This document shows positions 11,409 to 23,774 of a DNA stretch of 64,000 nucleotides, piece by piece. Numbering within the stretch: position 1 is the stretch's first letter; the number at the start of each line of letters is the position of its first letter. Source of the DNA: Octopus sinensis (taxonomy: Eukaryota). A program made the position numbers and the translations under genes. The DNA is taken from positions 132,866,001 through 132,930,000 of the forward strand of contig NC_042998.1 in the NCBI RefSeq assembly GCF_006345805.1. The letters are read 5' to 3'. The notes under the pieces are model-generated. The model searched no databases. It saw nothing but the letters and a program-made list of their open reading frames with translations, and was not told the origin of the DNA.

Positions 11409-13066
11409 CTAGCAGTATCGCCCGGCGTTGCTCGGGTTTGTTTCGACCCGCTGGAATTGTAATTTTGAAAAGTAAAAATTTTGTGAACATTTTTCTGGTC
11501 GAAATATACCGAAAAGTGGCGACACAGCAGTGAAAAAATCGTAAAAAATAGGGATTTTCATAGAAAAAAGCATCTTTTTGATGTAAATAATTTTTGGTGT
11601 TAACATGGTCCGATTTGAATTTTATGTTCTACGGAAGGAAGAGCAAGCCTTCTTCTACCATACTCTCAATTTTGGTCAACTTGCGCCGCAGGGTCTCGGA
11701 GGAGATAGTGTTAGTTGAAGGTTACCATTCTAGGTGCCCGAGTAACAACCTCGCGGATTTACAGATAAATGAATTAATTACTATTTTACAGAATAAAATT
11801 AAATAATTCTTGAAAATTAATTAATATTAATATTTTTTGAACAAGTAAATAATTTTTAAAACTTAAATAATAATTTTTTTTACACAAACGCGAACGGGGA
11901 AAAGGGGGTGGCGAATTCGATTTACATACCTAAATTTTTTCTTTTTCATGACATTGTAGCAAAATAGTAGTGAATTATATAAATACCAGCAGTACATTTT
12001 TTTTTCTGGGGTATTTTTTTTCAACCTCGTCACATATTTGCCCCTTTCAATTTAAACAAAGTCTTAATTAAGCAATTACGGCAGCTTAGCAATGGTTTCA
12101 ATACAGGCGTGACATCTGTATCTCAATTGTTCAAAACCCTTCGAATTTTTTCGCACGTGATGATATCATAGTGAAAACTTTCAATTACGCGCGCTTAGAA
12201 GTACGCTGGCAAATTAATACTACCAAAATTTTGAAGTTCGCGCTCCGCTTGTGTGTGTGTGTGTGCGTGCTGTAGGTGTACGTAGGTATGTGTTTTTGTG
12301 TGTGTGTGTCACTGAAGCCATACATACATATATACATACATAACCTCTCTCTCTCTTTTCTCTCTCAGTGACTCACTACAAAAAGTGAATAAAAAAAGTT
12401 CAGTTATTCTGTCTTTCACTCTGTCTGTCTCTTTACACACACTAACAAAAGCACTTCACTTACACACCACACTTTCTGTGTCGCACAACCCATCAAACAC
12501 ACACACACACACACACTCACGCACGCACACATGTACATCAATGCTTTCGGAGTGAAATGTTAAAATATTGAGTTTTCTCGAATTTTGTCTTAATTGGGGG
12601 TGAAATTGAAAGAAATATATTATGGCATGACCGAATTGAGTACTTTGAAAAATCTTAGGTAAACTCTAATTGAAGAAATTGTGTGAGGAGTAAATCGTTA
12701 TGTATTTATTTGTTTCTGTTTGCTGTGTTTTTTATTTTTTGAGTAGTGGTTTAAAAACTTTCAGTTTAGTCTTCCTCAAATCACTCTGTCGCTATTTACT
12801 TTCATTTTATTCGTTGCACACTGTGTGTGTGCGTGTGCGTGTGGTGTAAACCACATTAAGAAAAGCATTTGACATACACACCAGAATGTGAGTTTTCTGT
12901 AAATTTTGCTTAATTGGAGTTTAAATTTTAAAAACTGGACCTGGCATGACCCGATGCATTCTACTCTTAAAAATGCTAGGTAAATTGTAATTGAAGAAAT
13001 CCTATATTGTAGATTTCTATAAGTTACAAAGGGAGGCAGATAAAATCTGCCTTTTATAATAAGAGA
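11409..13066 (-). mobile_element. Long non-autonomous Helitron (1658 bp), inserted into a family B SINE
   Basis: Minus strand starts A|TCTCTTATTATAAAAG and ends cccg-agcaacgc-cggg hairpin + CTAG|T. Its 3' ~310 bp match the short family. SINE sequence runs 11340-11405 and resumes at 13067-13110. Confidence 0.8.
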
Positions 13067-13168
13067 TTGTGAAACACGGGGATTGATGGTATCAGCTAAA
13101 CACCCCTCCCCTCATAATAACTAGTCTTGTACTAAAAATTGTAAGCATTATCGTTGTTTGATTTATAA

Positions 13169-13385
13169 TGCGTCGAGCCTGCAGAATCGTTAATATGCTG
13201 GACAAATTCCTTAGAAATATTTTTTTCCGGTTTGACATTCCGAATTCAAATTCCATCAAAGTGGACTTTACCCGTCATCTTTTAGAGTTGATAAAATAAG
13301 TTCCAGGCCAGAACAGGGTTCCTTGTAATTGACTCGACACCTCTGTCCCCACAAAATTTCAGGCTTTGTGCCTATAGTAGAAACA
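13169..13385 (+). mobile_element. SINE family B, diverged
   Basis: gcagaatcgttaatatgctggacaaattccttag head, gaattcaaattcc B box, tail ending aaaatttcaggctttgtgcctatagtagaaac. Confidence 0.7.
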
Positions 13386-13447
13386 ATTATTTTTGTCTGA
13401 TTCATTAATAGGCTTAGTTGATATGTTTTTAAATAGTATCGGCTACT

Positions 13448-13620
13448 TTACTGTAAGTTGGTTTTGTTCCGAATGGTATAATAAATGATGTCCAAGCATG
13501 CACTGTGGTTGCGACATGCATAGAAATTCCAGAAATATATGTCAAGTGATACATATTTCCCTCGTTCGACTCTTTGTCGAAGATGTAGTTTCCGATCAGA
13601 CTGCGGTTGGACGTTTGCAT
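13448..13620 (-). CDS. Tentative coding exon of an unrecognised gene
   Basis: Acceptor attatattccag|, then two frames stay open: ANVQPQSDRKLHLRQRVERGKYVSLDIYFWNFYACRNHSACLDIIYYTIRNKTNLQ* or MQTSNRSLIGNYIFDKESNEG... Unique, CpG-containing sequence; no homology recognised. Confidence 0.2.
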
Positions 13621-13789
13621 CTGGAATATAATTATGCCAACACAATAATTTCTGTATTTTAGCAATTCCAAGATGTTTAACTTCCACAAACCAATAAACA
13701 AAGTAATTTCAAATATGGTAATCCCACCTTTTAATACTTGAGGGATTATACAGTTCACTATGTACTTCCTTTTCAGAGAGAGTAAGATG

Positions 13790-14007
13790 GGATTTAGCAT
13801 TTAAACCTGCCACATCCTCCCAAAATATTCAACCTGTTTTATGCTCAAATTGGCAAGATATAGTGTCTTGCATCAATCCTACAATATCATTCTAAAAATT
13901 AACAATTACCTCATTAAAAGCTCAAAGCTACAAAATAATGATTAATTTAAAATGGTGTGAATAAATTAGCATTACTTTTGACAGAATGATGTGAATGCTA
14001 AAGTGTT
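13790..14007. mobile_element. MITE-like element with degenerate TIRs (piggyBac-type ends)
   Basis: Ends tttagcattt... / ...gaatgctaaagtgtt are reverse complementary over about 9 nt. Family assignment is from recall. Confidence 0.5.
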
Positions 14008-14049
14008 GGGAAATCTGTCGATCGAGCTACCACGCAGTCTCTCTAGTTG

Positions 14050-14300
14050 GCTAATTGGATGATGTTTAGCCTAAGTCACACCTGGTCGAGTAAACCTGTG
14101 ATCAAAGACGTCCTAGCAGTGACCACTCCATCTTTTTCCAGATATATTATGCAATGTAACCTTTTTTTTCTTGTAACGGTAAAATGTATTTTGAGGTTGG
14201 TTTTGTTACTATTACTAACCGGCTGATAATCTATTGACCCCTTTGATTACTATTTTATTCTGGTAGATCCCCGTAGCCATTCGATGTTTAAAAACTAGTT
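14050..14300 (+). mobile_element. Dispersed repeat family D (SINE/LINE-tail-like)
   Basis: tttagcctaagtcacacctggtcgagtaaacctgtgatcaaag... is related to 43060-43260 (+) and, inverted, to 32620-32845. Confidence 0.5.
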
Positions 14301-14348
14301 TAATAGAAACTTCTTTTAAAATTCCTATTTTGTCGTTTTCACAATAAC

Positions 14349-14442
14349 TTGTGTAGGTTGAACTACGTAAAATGTTAGAGAAAGAAGTCTAGCTGTTGTG
14401 TAGGTTGAACTATGTAAAATGTTAGAGAAAGAAGTCTAGCTG
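14349..14442. repeat. 47-bp tandem duplication
   Basis: ttgtgtaggttgaactaYgtaaaatgttagagaaagaagtctagctg occurs twice with one mismatch. Confidence 0.95.
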
Positions 14443-14930
14443 TTTCTTGCAATACGTACCAATACATACATCTAAAGCAAAATTTTTTCAGGAGCCCTTA
14501 AGATAATTTTGTCGGTCCCAATTTGTTGCATGGACCACCCAAAATCTTACTGTATATGGACCCTAGTTGAGAAGCAACGTTCTAGTGGTAACCTGGCCGT
14601 GAAAAAAGGGATAGTTCTGTTGACAGGAAACGAGGCATAAGATCCCTGTTATAAGTTTCTTCAACTGAATTTTTAAGCTATCTTTAACCGCCTTTAGTGG
14701 CATAATTGAACTGAGTTCGCTTCACACGAGAATCGAAATCAGCTCATTTTATTTTCTCACCGGGAACAAATATCGTCAACTCAATTTTTTTTTATCACTC
14801 TGTCTAATATACATATACGTATATTTTGACAAGACAATGAGATAAAAGGAAATAACAGAAGGGGGAAAACAGCAACATTTTCCGCTCTGGTCAGCTGCAT
14901 ACATACAAATATCTGTCTATCTCTTTCTCG

Positions 14931-15012
<82 letters not shown>

Positions 15013-15027
15013 CTCTCTCTCTCTCTG

Positions 15028-15113
<86 letters not shown>

Positions 15114-15568
15114 TAGATAGATAGATAGATAGATAGATGCACAAATGAACTGTCAACCATTTCGTTACATGGATATATTCATTTTTATTTATTTTTTATT
15201 ATTTTCCTTTTGCCACTTTAGAATGGTAAACTATCTGATATTCCAGAGTTATCATAGATTGTAAAATAAAATGTTTTGACTAGTTGCAGTTGATCGATTG
15301 ACAGCCAGGTGAAAGGTTATAAAAAGGAAAGAAAAAATGCAACAACTCTCCTGTGAGAACACGAAGAGGATTCTGTGTACGTACATATGAATTGAAGTCT
15401 ATATATACCACACTGACTCAGACACACACATATACACACATACAAACACTCACATGCACACTTATATCCGATTGTGCGTGTGTGTGCCTGAGTCTGTATG
15501 ACTTATAAACCCGACTACATAGACACACACACATACACACATACACACACACAGATGTATATATATTG

Positions 15569-15700
15569 TAGTAGGGTAGTCCGGTTTATGGGGTTACCGT
15601 GGGTTTCTCGCTCATAGGGAGTTTAGCCTTACGGCGTATCTTCACACCCCATGCACTGCGAGAAACCGAGGGTAACCCCGTAAACCGGCCTACCCCACTA
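15569..15700. mobile_element. GC-rich hairpin MITE (132 bp, TA ends)
   Basis: 43-nt arms: tagtagggtagtccggtttatggggttaccgtgggtttctcgc versus the reverse complement of gcgagaaaccgagggtaaccccgtaaaccggcctaccccacta. Confidence 0.8.
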
Positions 15701-16533
15701 TCATATTAACGGCTCTGCATCTTAGAGTTTGCTTTCTCCTCCGGATTTATGTATTTCTACAAACGAAGCTATATATATATATATATATAATATATATATA
15801 TATTATATATATATATATATACTGTATACATACATATGCATATGTATATAAGTATATATTTATGTATGTATGTATTCGTAATAATGAATTATTACAAACG
15901 ATATGACTTAATGGAAGCACAAACTAACACGACTTGATTCCATTTACACGGATTCTCCAACAAGGATTCGATGTATTTTGTATTTAGTTCAAGTCGAAAA
16001 TCCTGGCACCGTGCATTGCTTCTAAGCAAACCACGAAACATTTATATATACTGTGGACATGTTTGTTCCCGCAGTTGAACAACCATGATGATGATGTCGA
16101 TGACAATGATGATGATGACAATGGTCTTGGTGGTGAGGGCGATGGTAGGGAGGGTGATGGTGGTGCTACTGCTGTTGTCGTTGTTACCGCTGCTGCTGCT
16201 GCTGCTGATGATGATGATAGTTATGAAGATGATGATATTAGTGGCAGTGATGGTGGTGGTGGTTGGTGGAAATGATGATGTCTGGCGATGATGAATGTTT
16301 TATATAAACATAAGGTACGTTTCCTTTCAATACACTGAATACAGTAGATTGTTAATTGATGCTTATATTTCAATACAGCTGAATTAAGCATTAAGGGATA
16401 TTGGAAAAAACAATAGGAATGTTAATTGGATTGTAATTCATCATATAACTACCTTATATATATTTACCTGACAATTGCAAATCCCAATTAGGATGTTCCT
16501 TGCTCCACACATACTTGTGAAGACAAAGGCATA

Positions 16534-16799
16534 TTACTCTTTACTCTTTACTCTTTTACTCTTTACTCTTTACTCTTTTACTCTTTTACTTGTTTCAGTC
16601 ATTTGACTGCGGCCATGCTGGAGCACCGCCTTTAGTCGAGCAAATCGACCCCGGGACTTATTCTTTGTAAGCCCAGTACTTATTCTATCGGTCTCTTTTG
16701 CCGAACCGCTAAGTGACGGGGACGTAAATACACCAGCACCGGTTGTCAAGCAATGCTAGAGGGACAAACACAGACATACAAACATCTACACACACACAT

Positions 16800-16866
<67 letters not shown>

Positions 16867-17048
16867 ATATATATATATATATATACGACAGGTTTCTTTC
16901 TGTTTCCGTCTACCAAATCCACTCACAAGGCTTTGGTCGGCTCGAGGCTATAGCAGAAGACACTTGCCCAAGATGCCACGCAGTGAGACTGAACCCGGAA
17001 CCATGTGGTTGGTTAGCAAGCTACTTACCACACAGCCACTCCTGCGCC
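16534..17048 (-). mobile_element. Full-length young tRNA-derived SINE, family A
   Basis: Head ggcgcaggagtggctgtgtggtaagtag, B box ccgggttcagtc, CORE-like cttgggcaagtgtcttct, internal (TA)/(TG) microsatellite, tail ccagcatggccgcagtcaaatgactgaaacaag + (TAAAAGAG)n. Near-identical to 58383-58810. Confidence 0.95.
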
Positions 17049-17845
17049 TTGTTTAAAAAAACTGTTAAATTGTAAATAGACGTTTATATTTACACGTTTC
17101 AAAAATGTGAATTATTAAATGCTCTGTAATGTGACCTATAGATATGTGGTTTGTACCCTGTTAGCAACCCGATCGAACCTATATCTACGAGGGAGTGCTG
17201 AACAGTTCCTGGATTTTAGGGTATCGTGAAAGGCCTGACTATAGGCCCAATCTTCCGAGATCTTTTACAGGGCTTAGAAAAACTGTAGGATCTCTACAAT
17301 ATGTGTGTGAATATAAGAGGTGAATATGATGAATAAAATCATAATTAACGGATCATCCTCTGTCTTCTTTTACCCAAAGCCAAGAACTTTTCAACACTCC
17401 GTCATGTATATGTATAGATATAGATATTATGTTCTATATATTGAATTTTACACGTGAATGCAGTGTTCATGTAAATGAAGGGCGCATACTTGCAACTACA
17501 CATACACACGCACATATTTACAAACATGCACATTCACACATTATATATGTATCTAGTGATATTGCAACCGATATAAAGATAAAAAGATAGATCGACAAGT
17601 ATGTCAGTATGCATACATGCATACATATATACATACATATTAACATACATACATACATACATACAAATGTAATCGCATGTAGACTGTTGGCGATTTTTTC
17701 CCTCCTTCTTCCTTTTTTCCTTTGGATTTCCCTGTTTTCCTGTTTCCGATGAAGAGCTATGCTCGAAACGCAAAACAACAAACTCTCTTCTTTCTCCGAG
17801 CGTCATATTATCCATTGGTCTACCAAAGAAAATATATGTCATTAA

Positions 17846-20108
17846 TTACTGACTGGGTTCAATAGACCCAATATTTTTCTTTTAATTAAATTTTATTCAA
17901 ACTACCACTATTTCTTAGCTACATTATATATTCTATCAGGTGAAGGAAGAATTACTGTTTCTCACAAATTTTTATAAAAGAAAAATACAGCTTACAGAAT
18001 ATATTAGAAATTTAAAAAATTCCAAAAATACAGAATTATAACTCTTCATGTCAGTGAATGCACACAACATTGGAATGTTCTTTGCAAACATGGATATTAC
18101 AATACTTACATGTAGTACGAAAGAACATTTTCCGTTTTTTCTTTGGCTTATGAATCTCAAATGAGGTTGAAGATCGTCTTCTTTTCTTGTTTGGTTGAGA
18201 AATGTTAGCGGAACTAGAAGATTGTTTGTTATGTTCTTGTTTATCATTAACTCCAGCAATTTCTTTTCCTAACTGAATTAGGCACTGTCTTCTTTTATCC
18301 TTGAAACTTTGCAAGTGAAGCTGTTTAGCAACAATGGAAGCATTCACTGCACTTATAACAATCAGGTAGAATATAACTATAGGCCATCTTCGAGTCATTC
18401 TTTTGCAAGTGTATGTCCTTACCATCTTATTTAGGGTATCTACTCCTCCTTTTGTTTTGTTGTAACATGTTTTAACTTCAGGTTTCTTTTCAGCACTTTT
18501 TGAATCAATTGAATGCTGAAAGTGCATTGTACTCATAAGTGTGACTATATAATTTTTTCTTGGGACAATAAGATAGGATCATAGAATCCTTTTGAAATCC
18601 AAATATTGTGCTGTGGATTTCTTTCTTTTCCACTTGTAAAATCCAAATATTGAAATCCAAATATAGTACTGTGGATTTATCTTTCTTTCCCATTTGTGAA
18701 AGCACATGGAAGTTCAATTTTGTTCTTTCTAATTGTTCCAGCTAAAGTAGTTTTCTTACTAAGAAACTTTCGAGCCAATCCTAAACTTGTAAAAAGATTA
18801 TCTCAAGTTATATTGCGACCAGTATTTTCAAGTTCTTTTACTAGATCTTTAACAACTTTTGAACCTTGATTTGTCTCTTTCCCTTTTACTGGGTCTTTTC
18901 CAGTGTAGATTTGCATTTTCGAGGCATAAGATGTTTCCCTGTCGCATATTGCCCAATTTTTAATTCTATATTTCCCTGAATGGGCAGCGCCCTCTGAATG
19001 AAACTAATTGTTCATCAACTGTCATGCATGAACTTGGAACATATCTATCTTGCAAATTCTGATTCCACATTTCAAATACTTTTTTTGTGGGCTCCAATTT
19101 ATCATAACTTCTCTTTTCATTCTTGCATTAGCATAATCAAAATGCAATACTTGTAAAATCTGTTGAAATCTCCCCCGGCTCATAATTTTGTTGAATATTG
19201 GGCGGCCATCTTGACTCCATAATTGTGTGACATTTTCATGTTAAGATTTATACACACCTATAAGAATAATCAGTCCAATAAATTTCTTTAGTTCAAAGGG
19301 ATCAATTTCCTTCCGTTTATCTCTGTAAACAACCTGACCGTCAACATTTATCCATTTACGAATTACTTCAGAAGACCCTGGCGCATAAAGATAATAAAAC
19401 ATGTTTCAATGCTATCGCAAGATCTTTTAGCAAAGCAGGATGATCCACATTCTTGGCGTACAATATTGCAAGATGAAGTTCTTATTGCTGCTTGAATAAG
19501 AGGATTAGAATGCCAAACTTCTTGTCTGTTTCCAGAAACATATTACTCATTCATAATTAGGTGGCTTGCAGATAATCGTTTTTGAGTATCTTCATTATCA
19601 GATGACACAGAATCTAAACTGTCCAGCACACAGTTACTTTCACCATCACCTTCAGAGGAATCACTACTATCTTCTTCCCATTCTTCATCTAATTTCAATA
19701 ACGTTTTCGATATTTGGTCTTCACTCAAGTTTTCACGTCTAGGCATATTGGAAAACACAACTGAACTATATGAAACTTGATAGCAGACTAAAGGTAGATA
19801 TTGCTCTCTCACATTTATACTCTCCTGAAATGCAATATATTGTAAGAATTGCGTCATCACATAGAAATATTGCATACCCTATAACCTAGCAGATTGAAGA
19901 CGATGCAATACCAGACAAATTTACAGAAATATTTTCATAATTTTCCCTATTTTATCTAAAATTCAGGAATTAAATTAAATACAATATCATTTATTTTATA
20001 TATAATAAATATCTAGGAAAATAATATTTGATACTGCTTTTATTCTGTTTAGCATGACAATGGTATTGTCTGAATTTAATTCGAGGGTCCAATGGAACCA
20101 TATGGTTA
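17846..20108 (-). mobile_element. Full-length decayed piggyBac transposon
   Basis: TTAA at 17842-17845 and 20109-20112. Degenerate 24-nt TIRs (15/24 match, both ending gaccc). About 2.26 kb with an internal transposase fossil. Confidence 0.85.
18051..19746 (-). pseudogene. piggyBac (PGBD-type) DDD transposase pseudogene
   Basis: Acidic N-terminus MPRRENLSEDQISKTLLKLDEEWEEDSSD; CMTVDEQLVSF near 19015; GRNIT*DNLFTS near 18800; YNKTKGGVDTLNKMVRTYTCKRMTRRWP; C-terminal CKYCNIHVCKEH Cys-rich domain. Multiple stops and frameshifts. Confidence 0.9.
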
Positions 20109-20590
20109 TTAATGTATAAAGTGAAACTTTCTAGCTTTTATAAACATACGGAAAATTTCCCACTTGACAAATAAGAGAGTCAAGAAAAAATGAGAGTCAC
20201 GAGAAATCAGCAGAATCAAATAATATAAACAGTAAGAAAAAGCGACTGAAAAAAACTGATATAGGTCCATTAACACATTGCTTGTGCTACGTCCTAACGT
20301 TTGTTTCTTTACGTTTTCTTTTTTCTGTTCTTTGAATTGACTATATATATATACGTATATTTATACACGTATATATATGCAGTGACATTCATTATATGTA
20401 TGTGTTCTATATGTGTATGTGTGTTGACATCACGGAAGCCATATTTTTTTCAAGAAATAATAAGCAAAAATTGTGTTTAATCGTTTTCCTTTATAAATAG
20501 AGGTCCAAATATCACAAAAATTTGTAATTCTAATATATTTCGGGTTTTCACAAATATCTCAGAGTTTTAGTATTATTAAGATATATATAA

Positions 20591-20735
20591 GGCGGTGAGC
20601 TGTCAGAGACGTTAGCATGCCGGAAAAAATTCTTAGCGACATTTCGTCCATCTTTACATTCTGAGTTCAAATTCCGCCGAGGTTGTCTTGCCTTTCAACC
20701 TGTCGGGGTCGATAAATTAACTACCAGTGAAACAT
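20591..20735 (+). mobile_element. SINE family B, 3'-truncated
   Basis: ggcggtgagctgtcagagacgttagc...ctgagttcaaattccgccgagg...ggggtcgataaattaactaccag. Confidence 0.85.
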
Positions 20736-20774
20736 AGTTGTGTTATATATATATGTATATATATATATATATAT

Positions 20775-20814
<40 letters not shown>

Positions 20815-20826
<12 letters not shown>

Positions 20827-21070
20827 TTAGTAATGATAAGTAGATTTTTCACATCCATAATTTTATTAAACATTTATTTACAGCGTCTTTTTCTGGACCT
20901 ACGCACGTTTCAGCTGCACTGACCATGACACCAAGTTGCATATATGACAGTGTACAGTAGATGCTGTTGAAACGCGCGTAAGGTCCAACAAAAGGATGCT
21001 GTAAGTAACTACTTAATAGAATTATGGATGTGAAAAATTTCCATTCTCCTTAACATTATCAATGCTATTA
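20815..21070. repeat. Long imperfect palindrome next to (TA)n
   Basis: Arms 20845-20914 and 20966-21037 are reverse complementary (about 80% by eye), with weaker similarity extending outward. Confidence 0.85.
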
Positions 21071-21254
21071 CTTACTCTACGGAAGCTATGCAGTCCTGGA
21101 TCGGGCACACGGATTTACTAAGCGAGAATAGTTATCAGAGCCTAGCAGCTTATTGTTAACTCGGGTATCACTAAAGGACCGTTGTGGTTAGCCGGCATCT
21201 GAAACCGATTTAAGAGAAAACACAGTCACTATCAGGATGATATATCCCTTTAAA

Positions 21255-21308
<54 letters not shown>

Positions 21309-21488
21309 ACACACACATACACACACATACACACACACATACACACACACACAATCACACATACACACACAAACACACATCTATATGTATGTGTGTATAT
21401 ATGATTGTATCTGTGTGTATGTGTATATATGTGTTTGCATGTATGCAACTGTGTGTTTGTGTGGAGAGAGAGAGAGAAAGAAAGAAAA

Positions 21489-21524
<36 letters not shown>

Positions 21525-21694
21525 AAAAAGAAAGAAAGAAAGAAAGAGAAGGAGAGAGAGAGTGGGCTTAAATACTTTTCAAATATAGCGAAAGTATTTC
21601 AAAGTACAAAATTTTTGCAAATTTCTCGAAAGAAATGAGTAATATGTAGTACTATAAATATGGTACTACGGGTGCACATTTGCTTGTTTGTTTA

Positions 21695-21727
<33 letters not shown>

Positions 21728-21748
21728 CAGAATTTGAATGAGAGAGAC

Positions 21749-21804
<56 letters not shown>

Positions 21805-22359
21805 AAGTATGCTAGGGAATAATATCTAATTTGGGGAGTTACAGGAAACAATTTGGATACAGGCGGTGGTAGAAGACAGTCACAGTCTATGGGCACAAAG
21901 TTCTGACGATAATGGAGTGCGTTTTTCTCTCTAGGGTGAATTATTCATGAAATAACACCCCATAAATTGCAATCAGAATCATTTCAGCAGACACAATACA
22001 GACTTTTAAATGTCATGTGCATAAATCCCTCTAGTCACTTTTTACGTTCGATAATTCTGTGAACCGTTGATTTGACCGTTTGAACCATCGATATGTTCCC
22101 TTTGAACTCAAACGTCCAACGAGAATATTATTTTAGCCATCTCAGCTAAGGCCATACTGGAGAACCACCTACTATTGTTCACGAATGTGAACATAGTTGG
22201 TGATCATACACTAGAAAATTACGTATATCCAAGTCTATTCCGAATTTAAACGCACATAAATTCTATAAACTAGTATTCTTTCGGTTTAAAGGCGGAGTTA
22301 AACGGAAGGGAAATGTTTTATTAGAACTTACTTTCTACATGCCAATTAAAAAATTTTTT

Positions 22360-22760
22360 TAATCTTTTAATCTTTTACTTGTTTCAGTCATTAGACTGCA
22401 GCCATGCTGGGGCACCACCTTGTAGAAGTTTAGTCGAACGAATCTACCCCAGTATTTTTTTTGTAAACATAGTACTTATTCTACTGGTCCCTTTTACCAA
22501 ACTGCTAAGTTACGGTGACGTAAACACACCAACACCGGTTGTCACGCGGTGACGTGGGGGACAAACACACATACACACATACATACACACTTATATATAT
22601 ACGACTGGCTTCTATAATTTTCTGTCGACCAGATCTACTCACAAGGTTTTCCTTGGCTTCTACCTTCCATAGCCTCGGGCTATAGTGGGAGACACTTGCT
22701 CAAGGTATGATGTTTTGCAATGGGACTGAGCCCAGAACCATATGGTCGAGAAGCAAACTT
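22360..22760 (-). mobile_element. SINE family A, older copy
   Basis: ttttacttgtttcagtcattagactgcagccatgctggggcacc tail through gggactgagcccagaaccatatgg head. Confidence 0.85.
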
Positions 22761-23096
22761 CTTCATAAATCTTTATATATCCATATCTGGATGATAGTGG
22801 ATGGTAAATATTAAGGCGTATGTCTCATTCAAGTTGATTTTTGCCTTTCAAGTACTGCAGAAAGTAGTATCCCAATCTAACCGCAGTTCAAAGACTGAAA
22901 TCAATAAAGAATATTCTGTTGTGTCTGAGGAAATGCTTCAACACACGAACTCACATAAAGAATCTTGCAAACCAAATCCAAATAAGAAATATTAAAGAAT
23001 ATATTTCGTGTAAAACTTTAATAAAACGTTATTTTTATAAAAAGAGAAACTACCCAAGATAATGAACCAGAAACGGGAAGCCTAGCAATAGCAATG

Positions 23097-23154
<58 letters not shown>

Positions 23155-23158
<4 letters not shown>

Positions 23159-23300
23159 TGGCTGTGTGGCAAGCTGCTTGCTTCCCAACCACATTATTCC
23201 GAGCACCTTGGGCAAGTGACTCCCACTATAGCCTCGGGCCGACCAAAGACTTGTGAGTGGATTTGATCGACGGAAACCGAAAGAAGCCCGTCGTATATAT
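23155..23300 (+). mobile_element. SINE family A, 5' half
   Basis: gtggctgtgtggcaagctgcttgcttcccaacc...accttgggcaagtg...gacggaaaccgaaagaagcccgtcg, ending in (TA)n. Confidence 0.85.
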
Positions 23301-23328
23301 ATACATATATATATATACATATATATAC

Positions 23329-23402
<74 letters not shown>

Positions 23403-23774
23403 ATATACTTCAGTATATCGAATTGATTTTATTTTCAATTTTTTTTCTTTTCAATTGTATGAAGATATTGCCACAAATATAAGCATTGAGAATGTGTTGT
23501 CAGCCAGTCATATGTCCGTGAACAGGACTAGAGTAGTTTACGCATAGAAAAATATTTCTATCGTATATCGCTTGTGTGTACGCATGAATCAATCAATCAA
23601 TAAATCTATCTATCTGTCTGTCTGTCGATATGCCTGTCTATCTGCCAGTCTTTCTGCCATACTGTATGTATGTTCTTACGTATGTATGTATGTATGTATG
23701 TATGTATGTATGTATGTATGTATGTATATGTATGTATGTATGCTTAATTGCTTCTTTGCACGTTCTCGTGTGTA

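Noticed and set aside
16063-16300. Asp/Gly/Ala-rich and poly-Met ORFs (also 43485-43739, 47915-48185, 54732-55150)
   Set aside because: Compound trinucleotide low-complexity tracts (GAT, GGT, GCT, TAG) that are open in several frames by composition.
18051-18536. 161-aa intact ORF as a possible domesticated PGBD gene
   Set aside because: It is only the C-terminal third. The upstream catalytic region has stops and frameshifts and the element retains transposon ends.
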